Origin: Bacilli bacterium
GTDB lineage: Bacteria > Bacillota_I > Bacilli_A > RFN20 > CAG-826
Assembly (NCBI GenBank): GCA_044372565.1
Contig: JBILRP010000002.1
Span: forward strand, 17,396-81,395
Length of the DNA stretch: 64,000 nt
Direction of reading: 5' to 3'
The notes beneath the pieces were generated by a model. It was not told the origin of the DNA and did not search any database. It saw nothing but the letters and a program-made list of their open reading frames with translations. The translations under genes were made by a program, and so were the position numbers. This document shows, in pieces, positions 53,058-63,127 of this stretch. Every line of letters begins with the position of its first letter. Positions within the stretch are counted from its first letter, which is position 1.

Positions 53058-55556
53058 ATGAAAAAAAGCACCGCCCCTTACACCCCGATGATGATGCAGT
53101 ATTTACGCATCAAAGACCAGCATGCCGATGCGTTGATTTTCTTTCGGCTTGGTGACTTTTATGAATTATTTTTTGAGGACGCAAAAATTGCTTCCCGGGA
53201 ACTTTCCTTGGTTCTTACTGGAAAAAGTGCTGGCCAAGAAGAACGAGTTCCCATGTGTGGAGTCCCTTATCATGCGGCCAAAAGTTACATCAAAAAACTA
53301 ATTGAAAAAGGATATAAGGTTGCCCTGGTTGAGCAACTTGAAGAAGCGAGTGCTGCCAAGGGCTTAGTCCAACGAGATGTCACACAAATTTACACCCCTG
53401 GCTCGTTTGTTGAGTCATCGGAAAAAGCTCATAACTTCTTAGTCGCCATCAGCGAAGACACCTTACGGTATGTTTTGGTTTTTGGAGATATCACCACTGG
53501 CGATGTGTATTTGGATTATCTAGAAAAAACATTGGATGGTCTCCTTGCTTATTTACAGAAATTAAATTGTCATGAAATTGTTGTCAATGAATCATTAAGT
53601 TTGATCCTCCATGAACCATGTCAGCAATTGAACATTGCAGTTTCTATTCAACCAGATGGGGCGATCCTTGAACAAAAAGAACCGTTTTCCGATGTAGAAA
53701 AACGAACATACCAACGGTGGTTAGATTATCTACAATCTACACAAAAACGGTCTTTAAACTTTTTACGTCCATTGATACGGATGGACCGTCAATCGACCTT
53801 AAATATCGATAGCGTTTCTTTAGCAAATTTAGAAGTTTTAAAATCCATCAAACATCAAACCACCTACGGATCGCTTTATTGGTTGTTGAATGAAACCTTA
53901 ACACCGATGGGTTCAAGACTATTAACCCAATGGCTGATGAGACCAAGTAAGCATTTACCCACCATTCGAATGCGGCATGGATTCATCGATACCTTACTGA
54001 AGAATTTTTTATCGTTAGAATCGATTCGCACATTACTCAAAGACGTTTATGACATCCCACGCATCGTCATGCGCATCCAGTTCATGCAAGTGAATGCTCG
54101 AGACTTATTATCTTTAAAGCAAACGCTCCATCAACTTCCTGCCTTACGTTCTTTGCTTCTTTCCTTGAGTTCGCCTTTGGCAACCATGTTGCTAGAATCA
54201 TTACCCGTTTTCCCGGACGTGGTGACCTTATTGACCAAGGCGATTCACGACGAACCACCTGTGTCGCTAAAAGAAGGTCATTTAATTAAACTTGGATTTG
54301 ATCCTGAACTCGATCGCTGGCTCGGCTTGGCCAAAGATGGGAAAAAATCTTTACTTGCTTTAGAGGCCAATGAACGACTTCGCACGGGCATTAAGAATCT
54401 CAAGGTTGGTTATAACCAAGTCTTTGGATATTATCTAGAAGTTTCTAATGGTCAGTTAGCATCTGTTAAACCTGAATACGACTATGAACGTCGGCAAACC
54501 TTAGCCTCCGGAGAACGATTCATCACCAAAGCGTTAAAAGCTTTAGAAAGTGATTTGCTTCACGCAGAAGAAACCCAAAAACAATTGGAAGAAAAAATCT
54601 TTCTCTCGATTGTCACTCATCTACAAACATATACCACTGACTTTCAAAAGTTAGCCGATACCTTAGCTTATCTCGACGTCATGGCTAGCTTTGCGATGGT
54701 CAGTAGCCAATATCAATTTGTTCGTCCAACCATTCACGATGAAAAATCCTTTGATATTGAACAATCACGACATCCTGTCATTGAAAAAGTCATGAAAAAA
54801 TCTGTGTTCGTTGCCAATGATTTTCAAATGGATCAAACCACCAATACCATTTTAATTACCGGTCCAAACATGGGTGGTAAATCTACCTTCATGCGGCAAA
54901 TTGCATTGTTAATGATCATGGCACAAATCGGTTGCTTTGTCCCTGCAAAACGGGCAAACATCATGTGGGTCGATGCGATTTATACCCGTATTGGTGCGAG
55001 TGATGATTTGGTTGGTGGTCAATCCACATTCATGATGGAAATGACCCAAACTCAATATGCATTGGCGAATGCCAGCGACCGTTCATTTTTAATCTTTGAT
55101 GAAATTGGTCGCGGAACAGCCACTTTTGATGGGATGGCGCTTGCCCAGGCCATCATTGAATATGCCACCACGCACTTACACGCTAAGACATTATTCTCAA
55201 CCCATTACCACGAACTCACTCAATTAGAACAAACCATTCCCTTACTCAAGAATATGCATGTGGCCGTCCATGAAGAAAATGACCAAGTGACCTTTTTATA
55301 CAAAGTTAGACATGGCTCAATGAGTCGATCGTTTGGTATCCATGTTGCTCAACTTGCGTCTTTACCCAATTCATTGATTCAACGCGCAAAATCAATCCTT
55401 GCGATGTTAGAAATGCAACCAAGTGCCTTACCAGTTCAACAGATTCAACCTCAAATATCGCCATTAGAAAAAGCGTTAAAGCAAATCGATCCATTAACCT
55501 TATCTCCTATGCAAGCGTTAGAAGTGTTGATGGACTTAAAGAAAAAATTAGGTTAA
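53058..55556 (+). CDS. mutS: DNA mismatch repair protein MutS
   Basis: TPMMMQYLRIKDQH...FFRLGDFYELFFEDA at the N-terminus. Walker A GPNMGGKST. DEIGRGTATFDG and STHYHEL are also present. ATG 53058 follows RBS GAAAGGTGA. Confidence 0.95.
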   Translation: MKKSTAPYTPMMMQYLRIKDQHADALIFFRLGDFYELFFEDAKIASRELSLVLTGKSAGQEERVPMCGVPYHAAKSYIKKLIEKGYKVALVEQLEEASAAKGLVQRDVTQIYTPGSFVESSEKAHNFLVAISEDTLRYVLVFGDITTGDVYLDYLEKTLDGLLAYLQKLNCHEIVVNESLSLILHEPCQQLNIAVSIQPDGAILEQKEPFSDVEKRTYQRWLDYLQSTQKRSLNFLRPLIRMDRQSTLNIDSVSLANLEVLKSIKHQTTYGSLYWLLNETLTPMGSRLLTQWLMRPSKHLPTIRMRHGFIDTLLKNFLSLESIRTLLKDVYDIPRIVMRIQFMQVNARDLLSLKQTLHQLPALRSLLLSLSSPLATMLLESLPVFPDVVTLLTKAIHDEPPVSLKEGHLIKLGFDPELDRWLGLAKDGKKSLLALEANERLRTGIKNLKVGYNQVFGYYLEVSNGQLASVKPEYDYERRQTLASGERFITKALKALESDLLHAEETQKQLEEKIFLSIVTHLQTYTTDFQKLADTLAYLDVMASFAMVSSQYQFVRPTIHDEKSFDIEQSRHPVIEKVMKKSVFVANDFQMDQTTNTILITGPNMGGKSTFMRQIALLMIMAQIGCFVPAKRANIMWVDAIYTRIGASDDLVGGQSTFMMEMTQTQYALANASDRSFLIFDEIGRGTATFDGMALAQAIIEYATTHLHAKTLFSTHYHELTQLEQTIPLLKNMHVAVHEENDQVTFLYKVRHGSMSRSFGIHVAQLASLPNSLIQRAKSILAMLEMQPSALPVQQIQPQISPLEKALKQIDPLTLSPMQALEVLMDLKKKLG

Positions 55557-55560
55557 AGAC

Positions 55561-57255
55561 ATGAATAAGATTCACATTCTTTCTTCGCAATTAAGCAACA
55601 TGATTGCTGCCGGTGAAGTGGTTGAACGCCCGGGTAGTGTCATCAAAGAATTGGTTGAAAATTCGATTGATGCGAAATCAACTCGCATTGAGATTACGAT
55701 TGAACATGCGGGTCGTACATTGATGGAAGTTCGTGATAACGGTGAAGGCATGAATCAAGTTGATTTGAGTCAATCGATTGTTCGCCATGCCACGAGTAAA
55801 ATTCGAGACGAATATGATTTGTTTAGAATCAAAACCTTAGGATTTCGTGGCGAAGCGTTGCCTTCGATTGCCAGTGTGTCAACCTTAACCATCACCTCAT
55901 CAGATGGTTCTGGACCTGGATATCAATTAAAAATCACCGATGGTCTGACCACCATCCAACCCACCTCGAGTCGTCAGGGCACCATTGTGACGGTGGAACA
56001 ATTGTTTTATAACACCCCAGCAAGATTAAAGTTTTTAAGAAATGATTATATCGAAAGTAGTCACATCATCGATGTTGTCACCCGCATTGCCCTTGGTCAT
56101 CCCACGATTGCTTTTCAACTAGTGATGGATCAATCTACCGTCTTTACCACCGATGGACGAGGGGATGTCTTGAGCATCATGACGCAAATCTTTGGCAAAG
56201 ACACCACCCAACAAATCAAACCTTTTGTCTTTCAATCTCATGATGTGAGCATTCAAGGATTTCTTGGATTACCTAGTCTAGCGAAAAGTCATCGCTACGC
56301 GATGTATACCTTGGTCAATGGCCGGTCTGTGACATTACCAAAAATCAATCAAGCGATCCTTGAAGCATATCGACCTTTTTTACCACCTGTGCGATACCCA
56401 TGGATTTTTTTACACTTCAACGTCGATCCTAGTTTAGTGGATGTCAACGTTCACCCAACGAAAAAAGAAGTTAGATTATCCAAAGAAGAAGGACTTAAAC
56501 TAGCATTAATTCCAGCGATTAAAGAAGCTTTGCAAAAACAAAACTTATCTCCCATGGGTACGTATGATACCTTGCCGCTATCACAACCAACCCTTGAATC
56601 AAATCAATCTAACATTAAAGAAAGCAATCAAGAAGTAGGATGGATTCCGTTATCGTTTGAACAACAACAGCAGCGGATGAAGCTTACCGTGATGGCACAG
56701 ATGCACCTTACGTATCTTGTCTGCAGTGATGATCAAGGAAGTATTTATCTGATTGATCAGCATGCTGCTGATGAACGCATTCGCTATGAGCGACAACTTG
56801 ATTTGCTCAAAGACAAACAATTAGCCGTTGCCCCATTGGTCCCTGTGATGGTGGATTTAAAACCAAGTCAAATTAAATTATTAACGGAAGAACGACTTCA
56901 ATTACTCAAGTCTATTGGTTTAGAGTTAGAACCCTTTGGTGCCAATGTCTTGAAGGTCAACACGATCCCTTCATGGGCCCTGCATCAAGCTCAGGTTTAT
57001 GTGGAAGATTTACTCCATCAATTATTTGAAGAACCAACCTTACAACCGGATAAATTAAGACTTTATGCGTTGGCCTCTAAAGCTTGCAAGACCAGTATCA
57101 AAGCTCAAGACATGTTAACCTTAGAAGCAATGCAATCCTTGGTCAATCGCCTTCTTGATTGTCAGTTCCCTTACACGTGTCCTCATGGACGTCCGACGAT
57201 GGTTCAATTTTCAAAACGTCAATTGGAATCGATGTTTAATCGATCGGGGTTTTAA
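55561..57255 (+). CDS. mutL: DNA mismatch repair endonuclease MutL
   Basis: GHKL ATPase motifs (IAAGEVVERP, DNGEGM, GFRGEAL). The endonuclease motif DQHAADERIRYE and the C-terminal CPHGRP. Confidence 0.95.
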   Translation: MNKIHILSSQLSNMIAAGEVVERPGSVIKELVENSIDAKSTRIEITIEHAGRTLMEVRDNGEGMNQVDLSQSIVRHATSKIRDEYDLFRIKTLGFRGEALPSIASVSTLTITSSDGSGPGYQLKITDGLTTIQPTSSRQGTIVTVEQLFYNTPARLKFLRNDYIESSHIIDVVTRIALGHPTIAFQLVMDQSTVFTTDGRGDVLSIMTQIFGKDTTQQIKPFVFQSHDVSIQGFLGLPSLAKSHRYAMYTLVNGRSVTLPKINQAILEAYRPFLPPVRYPWIFLHFNVDPSLVDVNVHPTKKEVRLSKEEGLKLALIPAIKEALQKQNLSPMGTYDTLPLSQPTLESNQSNIKESNQEVGWIPLSFEQQQQRMKLTVMAQMHLTYLVCSDDQGSIYLIDQHAADERIRYERQLDLLKDKQLAVAPLVPVMVDLKPSQIKLLTEERLQLLKSIGLELEPFGANVLKVNTIPSWALHQAQVYVEDLLHQLFEEPTLQPDKLRLYALASKACKTSIKAQDMLTLEAMQSLVNRLLDCQFPYTCPHGRPTMVQFSKRQLESMFNRSGF

Positions 57256-57256
57256 G

Positions 57257-58126
57257 ATGATTTATGTCATCGGTGGCCCCACGGGCACAGGAAAAACTTC
57301 CCTTGCTACGACCCTTGCCAAAGCTTGGCACGCGCCATTAATCAATGCCGATGCTTTTCAAATGTATCAAGGGATGGATATTGGCACCAATAAAGATTTA
57401 GCATCCTTACAAGGCATTGAACATTATTTATTTGATGTCATCTCGCCAAAGGAAACGATGACCGTGGCTCGTTATCAACGTGAGGCTCGTCAGTTGTTTG
57501 ATTCATTACTTAAAAAACATCCTCGAATTATTCTTGTCGGTGGCACTGGACTTTATGTTAAAGCGAGTGTGTATGATTTTAGTTTTGCCCAACATGAAAG
57601 CAATCCAGATTTATCAAGATTTGAAACGATGAGTAATGAACAACTTCATGATTATTTAAAAACGGTTGATCTAACGTCCTCTCAACATATTCATCCTCAC
57701 AATCGGCGTCGGGTGCTGCGAGCGATTGCGATTCTAATCGCGACGGGAAAAACCAAAACAGCGCAAGAACTTGATCAAAAAAAAGAAATCTTATACCCAA
57801 TCACGTGGGTTGGTATGAATCCTAATCGCGACGAGTTGTATGCTCGTCTTGATGCACGTGTCATGTCCATGGTTAACCATGGTTTAGTCAAAGAAGTTCA
57901 AACTTTAATCCAACAATATGGTGACCACCTTCAAGCCTTTCAAGGGATTGGTTATAAAGAAATGATTCGACATCTCGAAGGTGAACTTGACCTTGAAAGC
58001 ACCATCCAGTTGATTCAACAGTCGACCCGACGATATGCTAAACGGCAATTGACGTATTTCCGACATCAATTTCCAATGACCTGGTATGAGGATTGGCAAA
58101 CGGCTGCCAAGCAACTAATCCAATGA
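57257..58126 (+). CDS. miaA: tRNA dimethylallyltransferase MiaA
   Basis: P-loop IGGPTGTGKTS, plus DAFQMYQGMDIGT and RRYAKRQLTYF. Confidence 0.92.
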   Translation: MIYVIGGPTGTGKTSLATTLAKAWHAPLINADAFQMYQGMDIGTNKDLASLQGIEHYLFDVISPKETMTVARYQREARQLFDSLLKKHPRIILVGGTGLYVKASVYDFSFAQHESNPDLSRFETMSNEQLHDYLKTVDLTSSQHIHPHNRRRVLRAIAILIATGKTKTAQELDQKKEILYPITWVGMNPNRDELYARLDARVMSMVNHGLVKEVQTLIQQYGDHLQAFQGIGYKEMIRHLEGELDLESTIQLIQQSTRRYAKRQLTYFRHQFPMTWYEDWQTAAKQLIQ

Positions 58127-58323
58127 AACAGGTTGCAAATTATCAAGTAGGTCATCAAGTCGAGATGAAAAAACCTCATCCTTGTCTTCAACGTTCGTCT
58201 TTATTTGAAGTCATAAAAATTGGCGCAGACATTAAAATTAAATGTTTAGGTTGTGGGACGATATTAATGATGACCCGTGACCACTTTAATCAACGTTTAA
58301 AAACAGTTCTTCCCACTAAATAA
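58123..58323 (+). CDS. DUF951 family small protein
   Basis: 66 aa. YQVGHQVEMKKPHPC...IKIKCLGCGTILMMTRDHFNQRLK fits the DUF951 zinc-ribbon-like pattern. ATGA overlap with the miaA stop. Confidence 0.7.
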   Translation: MKQVANYQVGHQVEMKKPHPCLQRSSLFEVIKIGADIKIKCLGCGTILMMTRDHFNQRLKTVLPTK

Positions 58324-58348
58324 TTGATTTCATTCCTATTGATAAGGG

Positions 58349-60130
58349 ATGAAAGCTCAACAGATTGGGTTATCGTTTCCAATGATCAACCAACCATCCA
58401 AGGTTGTTTTTCATGGGTTATCTTTTGAATTGCCATCTAAAGGACTGGTGGTAATTACTGGAGATTCAGGGATTGGTAAAACTTCTTTGCTTTCGATGAT
58501 TAGCGGGCAAAAGAAACCGACAAAAGGCAAAATCATTTACCCAAAAAACTGGAAGTTAAATCCTCCTCTTTATTTGGAAGATCAACTTTCTTTAGTGCCT
58601 ACTTGGCATATCAAAGATTTTATCGTTCACCCTGACACCAACAACGACCTAGATCAACTTGGTCTTCCTTTACATACAAGGAAAAAACGTTTTCAAGAAC
58701 TTTCAGGTGGGCAAAAAATGAGAGTCATGGTTGCTTTATTTTTTTCTCAACCAAGTGCCTGTTATCTGCTTGATGAACCTACCCATGCATTGGATGATGC
58801 CTTAAGAAGATGCATGATTGAGTTTTTAACCAATCAGGCGAACAACCAATTGATTGTGGTGGCCACCCATGATGCTGACTTAATCGCCCAAGCAAATCAT
58901 GAATTAAAGATGTGTTCAGCCTATGAATCCAAATGGATAGATCACCAATTCAATGCAGGAACTTTTATCAAAGAACAAAAAGTGAGTTTACCGATGAGGA
59001 AACATTGGTTAAAAAAACTCTTTTGGTTACATCGAGGACAATGGCTTGGTGTCACCTTAACCATTGCATCGATGATGATTCATGTCGGTTTACTGTTGAC
59101 CGGATTCATCCAACACTCCTTCGTTCAACAACAAAAACAATATTTAGAGTTAGAAAAACTTGAGCCTTTCTTATGGATTCAAGAAGTTCAACAAACCGAT
59201 ATTCATCAGTCTCCATTTCAATTAACCAAATCCCAAGCCCCTGATCTGCAACAACTTTCCTTGGCGATTTCGATGGTTCCTGATGCAAGGGTGATGATCT
59301 CGATTGCTGAGTGGTTTCCTTCCTCTATTTCCATTGAAAATATTATCTTCAATGTGCGATTTATTGATATACCTTATCAAGAAGACCGTCTCAGTGTTTT
59401 TTGGATTTATCCTAATGTCACTCTACCGACCTCTCTTGAAATTTCAACTCGTAAAATCATTGACACGATCCCTATATTTTCCTTTGGACGTGAATTAACC
59501 ACCATCGATAAGCGACCTATTCAGAGTTGGTTTGAACCTCCACAAATTCTTTTATCCTATTGGCAATGGCTTCATTTATTACAAACCAACACCGCCCTTG
59601 TGAATGGTGAGGAAGTAACTTACCTCAATATGTATCAAGCGATACACCCTCCTGCTTCGCTTTTGATTCATGATCCTGGTGGCACTGTCAAAAACATACT
59701 GCAATCCAATCTCAATCAGCACGATTGGACAATTCATCAGTCCATAGAAAAAACCTATGAACTCAAACATTTGTTATTAGCTTCAACAAGAATTCTCACC
59801 CAATTCATCTTTATGGGTTTATGGATTTTAGGATTATTTGTTTGGTCTACGAGACTTCATTGGATCTATCAAAACCATCATGGTCAATGGCGATGGTTAC
59901 TACTGTTGCATTTTCCAATCAGAAGCATTTGGCAGGCCATATCTTCTAAGACTTTTTTAAGTGGTTTGATGATCTTAAGTATTCTTCAATTCATCTTTAT
60001 CTTTTTGATGAATCGTTCATACCTGATTCCTGGATCCACGCTTGTCTCAATGGTGATGATTGGTTTGTTGGTGGCTTTAATCGAACACATCAGTCGCTAC
60101 CTCATTCTTCTTTGGTACGGTCATGCTTGA
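58349..60130 (+). CDS. fused ABC ATPase + FtsX-type permease (MacB-type architecture), subunit 1
   Basis: The NBD has GDSGIGKTS, LSGGQKMR, LLDEPTHALD and ATHD. One TM helix follows, then an extracytoplasmic region of about 220 aa, then three C-terminal TM helices with an FtsX-like loop. Confidence 0.7.
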   Translation: MKAQQIGLSFPMINQPSKVVFHGLSFELPSKGLVVITGDSGIGKTSLLSMISGQKKPTKGKIIYPKNWKLNPPLYLEDQLSLVPTWHIKDFIVHPDTNNDLDQLGLPLHTRKKRFQELSGGQKMRVMVALFFSQPSACYLLDEPTHALDDALRRCMIEFLTNQANNQLIVVATHDADLIAQANHELKMCSAYESKWIDHQFNAGTFIKEQKVSLPMRKHWLKKLFWLHRGQWLGVTLTIASMMIHVGLLLTGFIQHSFVQQQKQYLELEKLEPFLWIQEVQQTDIHQSPFQLTKSQAPDLQQLSLAISMVPDARVMISIAEWFPSSISIENIIFNVRFIDIPYQEDRLSVFWIYPNVTLPTSLEISTRKIIDTIPIFSFGRELTTIDKRPIQSWFEPPQILLSYWQWLHLLQTNTALVNGEEVTYLNMYQAIHPPASLLIHDPGGTVKNILQSNLNQHDWTIHQSIEKTYELKHLLLASTRILTQFIFMGLWILGLFVWSTRLHWIYQNHHGQWRWLLLLHFPIRSIWQAISSKTFLSGLMILSILQFIFIFLMNRSYLIPGSTLVSMVMIGLLVALIEHISRYLILLWYGHA

Positions 60131-62732
60131 AGGACATATCATTCAACAATCGTACGGTAAAGAAATTATTTTTCGCGCATTTACTTTTCAATTTCCTTTC
60201 CCTTCATTGGTTTTATTAACTGGCGCGAGTGGGAGTGGAAAAACCACGTTGCTTCAACTGTTGAATTTAGTTATTCCCTTTCAAGGACAACTCAGGTTTG
60301 ATGGCATTGATCTGCATACGTTATCATCTCAAGAACAATTAATCTTTCGCCAACTCAAGATTGGCTGCGTCTATCAAGAGAGTGGATTAATTAAAAATCT
60401 CACGGTTGAAGATCATATGAACATGGTTGCCTTGATTAAAGGACCCATCACCTCGAAGGTTGTTCGCCTTGCCTGGGAAGTATTTAAACAAGATGTCAAT
60501 CTCCATCAGCAAGTCAAGACGTTATCTCGTGGTCAGCAACAACGCTTAGCAATCTTATTGGCGTGTTTTGGCGACTCAAGGTTGTTGTTATTGGATGAAC
60601 CCACCACTGGCCTTGATTACAATCAACGGCAACGCATCTACAAGTTATTGAATGATTTAAGTCAGGATCGATGTGTGGTGATGGCGACTCACGCGAACCC
60701 CAAAGAAGGGTTGGCATACACCCATCACCTAGATTTACCAGTTCATCATCCAACGAGACCGATTCAGTTTTCTACGTTAAAAAATCAATTACCGTTGAGG
60801 ACTAGTCGACGAGTGTTTCCATTCATTTGGTTATGGAGATTATTAAGAAAGCAACGAAAAAAAGAAAACTTCCGTTGGCAATTTAATGTTTTTCAAACCA
60901 TCACCTTCACGATCTTAGGGGTGTTGATGTCTTTGATGTTTGTCCTTTCAAAAGAATTATTGATAATCACAGAAACCATGATTGGTGGTCGTTATCAATA
61001 TGTCAAAACATTCACTAGCCAAACCTTCGAACTTCAATCGACATATTCAGAGGATGCGATTTTCTCCGCTTTCGATTTTCAATTCAACCTCAGAACTCAT
61101 TATGATGAGGACTATTTTGAGTTTTTAAAACCCTACCATCAATTCTCACTCTATAAGGACGGTTTTTTTCGTCCTCTCAAGGATATTCATCTTGGGTTAA
61201 TCAATCATTTTGAATCAGTAAACGATTCACCCCATCTAAGGCTGAAGGAGTCATTAAAAGAAGATGAGGTGGTTCTTGGGGTTCAACCTTTTCACTTGAA
61301 ACTGATGGCAACGATGTTGGATTGCTTTCCTGTTCTTGATGAGGTGAATGAAAAGCTATTGCTAGAACCTTTAGCCATTCATTACGGTGTGGATGTTCCC
61401 CAATGGTTGTATCAAGATGAAAAGATTTTTTTCCTTAAACACGTCACCATGACCGCGCAACCGACATGGTTTCATTCTATCCAAGATTATGCTTATGTGA
61501 TGTACGAAACTAACTTAAGGTTACCAAGTAAAGGCATCGAAGAAATCTATGACACCCAGCCATGGCGAGTTGGCAAAACCATGATGGTGATGACGGATGA
61601 ACATTCACAACTCTTAACAATGTGGGAGGAAAATGAACAATTTCAACAATATCATCTACAGCGACATGCTACGTTGGGCTGGAAAGTATATCGCTCCAAC
61701 GTTCCTAGAGAACAAAAACCATCTTGGATCAAAGAAAAAGAAAATTATCATTTTCATTCGTCTTGGGGTTATCACTATTATCCCGATCATCGCTTAAGTG
61801 GTTTTGCTCAACCCATGTTCTTTCATCCTCGACAAACGATTGATCCGACGTATCTTGATACGATGAAACAATGTAAAGACCCTTATGATTGGTTGGCGTT
61901 AAGTAAACCCGACCAAGTTAGTCATGGGTTTATATTGGCAAATCCAAGCGATGCGATTAAATTAAAACCTGATTCAACGTTAACATTCTTAAAGGATGAT
62001 GAAATTTATCTCAGTCGAAGTCTTGCTGAAGCATGGGATGTAGGGATTGGGGATAGAATCCATCTAGCATCACCTCTGTATGATGACCACTTGCCGATTG
62101 GCATGATTGGTGATTATGATCATCAAACATGGTTAATCCAAGGGATTAACGATTCTCTACAACGATGGATATATCAACGCCCAGGTTGGTGGGAACAGTG
62201 GTTAATGGTCAACGCGTATGTCCCAAGTCAAGAGTTATTGCCGGAAGCGTGGGTGATTGAGGATGATCAACGGGAATTGCCAGCATTAGAAGTTAGTAAA
62301 CCCTTTGCCGAGGTCGTTGGTTCAGTCCGAGAGATTCTACAAGGGGTGATCCTTGGCATGGTAACGGTGGGGGTATTCATCGGATTACCAAGCATGATTT
62401 TGTTTTATTATTTTCTTAGACAATCGTTGGTCGATGATAGAAAAACGATGTTTTTACTGATTGGATATGGTGCCCCTTTATCGATGATTCAGCAATGGTA
62501 TGGTGGTAAACTTGGCTCGTTAATCTTAGAATTGGTCATCCCAACGTTGTTGGTTATTCTAGGTTTTGACTACATCATCAAAACAATGATATCATCAAGC
62601 TTTTTTATTGATATCCCGTATCGTTTCCCCGTAGAATCCTTAGCAATTCTAATCGGTCTATTTGGGGTTTTCTACACCACCATGATTGCCCTCCAACATA
62701 CCATCATGGATCGGTTGTTGAAAAAAAATTAA
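60123..62732 (+). CDS. fused ABC ATPase + FtsX-type permease (MacB-type architecture), subunit 2 with a very large extracytoplasmic domain
   Basis: The NBD has GASGSGKTT, LSRGQQQR, LLLDEPTTGLD and ATH. TM1 lies near residue 260. An extracytoplasmic region of about 455 aa contains the MacB-PCD-like segment IYLSRSLAEAWDVGIGDRIHLA. Three C-terminal TM helices follow (FLLIGYGAPLSMI loop). The ATG overlaps the upstream stop. Confidence 0.7.
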   Translation: MLEGHIIQQSYGKEIIFRAFTFQFPFPSLVLLTGASGSGKTTLLQLLNLVIPFQGQLRFDGIDLHTLSSQEQLIFRQLKIGCVYQESGLIKNLTVEDHMNMVALIKGPITSKVVRLAWEVFKQDVNLHQQVKTLSRGQQQRLAILLACFGDSRLLLLDEPTTGLDYNQRQRIYKLLNDLSQDRCVVMATHANPKEGLAYTHHLDLPVHHPTRPIQFSTLKNQLPLRTSRRVFPFIWLWRLLRKQRKKENFRWQFNVFQTITFTILGVLMSLMFVLSKELLIITETMIGGRYQYVKTFTSQTFELQSTYSEDAIFSAFDFQFNLRTHYDEDYFEFLKPYHQFSLYKDGFFRPLKDIHLGLINHFESVNDSPHLRLKESLKEDEVVLGVQPFHLKLMATMLDCFPVLDEVNEKLLLEPLAIHYGVDVPQWLYQDEKIFFLKHVTMTAQPTWFHSIQDYAYVMYETNLRLPSKGIEEIYDTQPWRVGKTMMVMTDEHSQLLTMWEENEQFQQYHLQRHATLGWKVYRSNVPREQKPSWIKEKENYHFHSSWGYHYYPDHRLSGFAQPMFFHPRQTIDPTYLDTMKQCKDPYDWLALSKPDQVSHGFILANPSDAIKLKPDSTLTFLKDDEIYLSRSLAEAWDVGIGDRIHLASPLYDDHLPIGMIGDYDHQTWLIQGINDSLQRWIYQRPGWWEQWLMVNAYVPSQELLPEAWVIEDDQRELPALEVSKPFAEVVGSVREILQGVILGMVTVGVFIGLPSMILFYYFLRQSLVDDRKTMFLLIGYGAPLSMIQQWYGGKLGSLILELVIPTLLVILGFDYIIKTMISSSFFIDIPYRFPVESLAILIGLFGVFYTTMIALQHTIMDRLLKKN

Positions 62733-62760
62733 AACAAACACTATCTTTTTATAAAAGTTA

Positions 62761-62769
62761 TGATATGAT
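62761..62769 (+). promoter_or_regulatory. extended -10 element TGaTATGAT upstream of the cold-shock gene
   Basis: TG at 62761-62 and TATGAT at 62764-69. It predicts a 5' UTR of about 55 nt containing the imperfect hairpin GTAGCAGC...GCTCCTAC. Confidence 0.4.
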
Positions 62770-62829
62770 TCTTCCGTAGCAGCAAAATGTTAGCTCCTAC
62801 TAATACTAAGTGAAAGGTTTAGGTTTTCG

Positions 62830-63033
62830 ATGAAAGGCTCAGTCAAGATGTTCAACAAAGAAAAAGGCTACGGCTTCATTCGCACTGAAGACGGAAAAGA
62901 TGTCTTTTTCCATCATTCTTCGATACTCATGGACGGTTACAAAACCGCCGAAACTGGGGAACCAGTTGATTTCGAAGTTGAAGATTCCGATCGTGGTCCA
63001 CGCGCCAAAAATATTAAAAAATTACCTCGGTAG
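62830..63033 (+). CDS. csp: cold-shock domain protein (CspA family)
   Basis: MKGSVKMFNKEKGYGFI (RNP1) and VFFHHSSI (RNP2). Met replaces the usual Trp in VKWFN. Confidence 0.92.
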   Translation: MKGSVKMFNKEKGYGFIRTEDGKDVFFHHSSILMDGYKTAETGEPVDFEVEDSDRGPRAKNIKKLPR

Positions 63034-63057
63034 TTTTTGATAAATTAGTGCTAAGAC

Positions 63058-63086
63058 AAAAGTCGCCCTCGGGCGACTTTTTTTAT
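63058..63086 (+). terminator. Rho-independent terminator after csp
   Basis: AAAGTCGCC-ctcg-GGCGACTTT stem followed by T-rich TTTTTATTT. Confidence 0.8.
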
Positions 63087-63127
63087 TTCATTCATATAAA
63101 ATTTAACATATAATAGATGAGGTAAAT

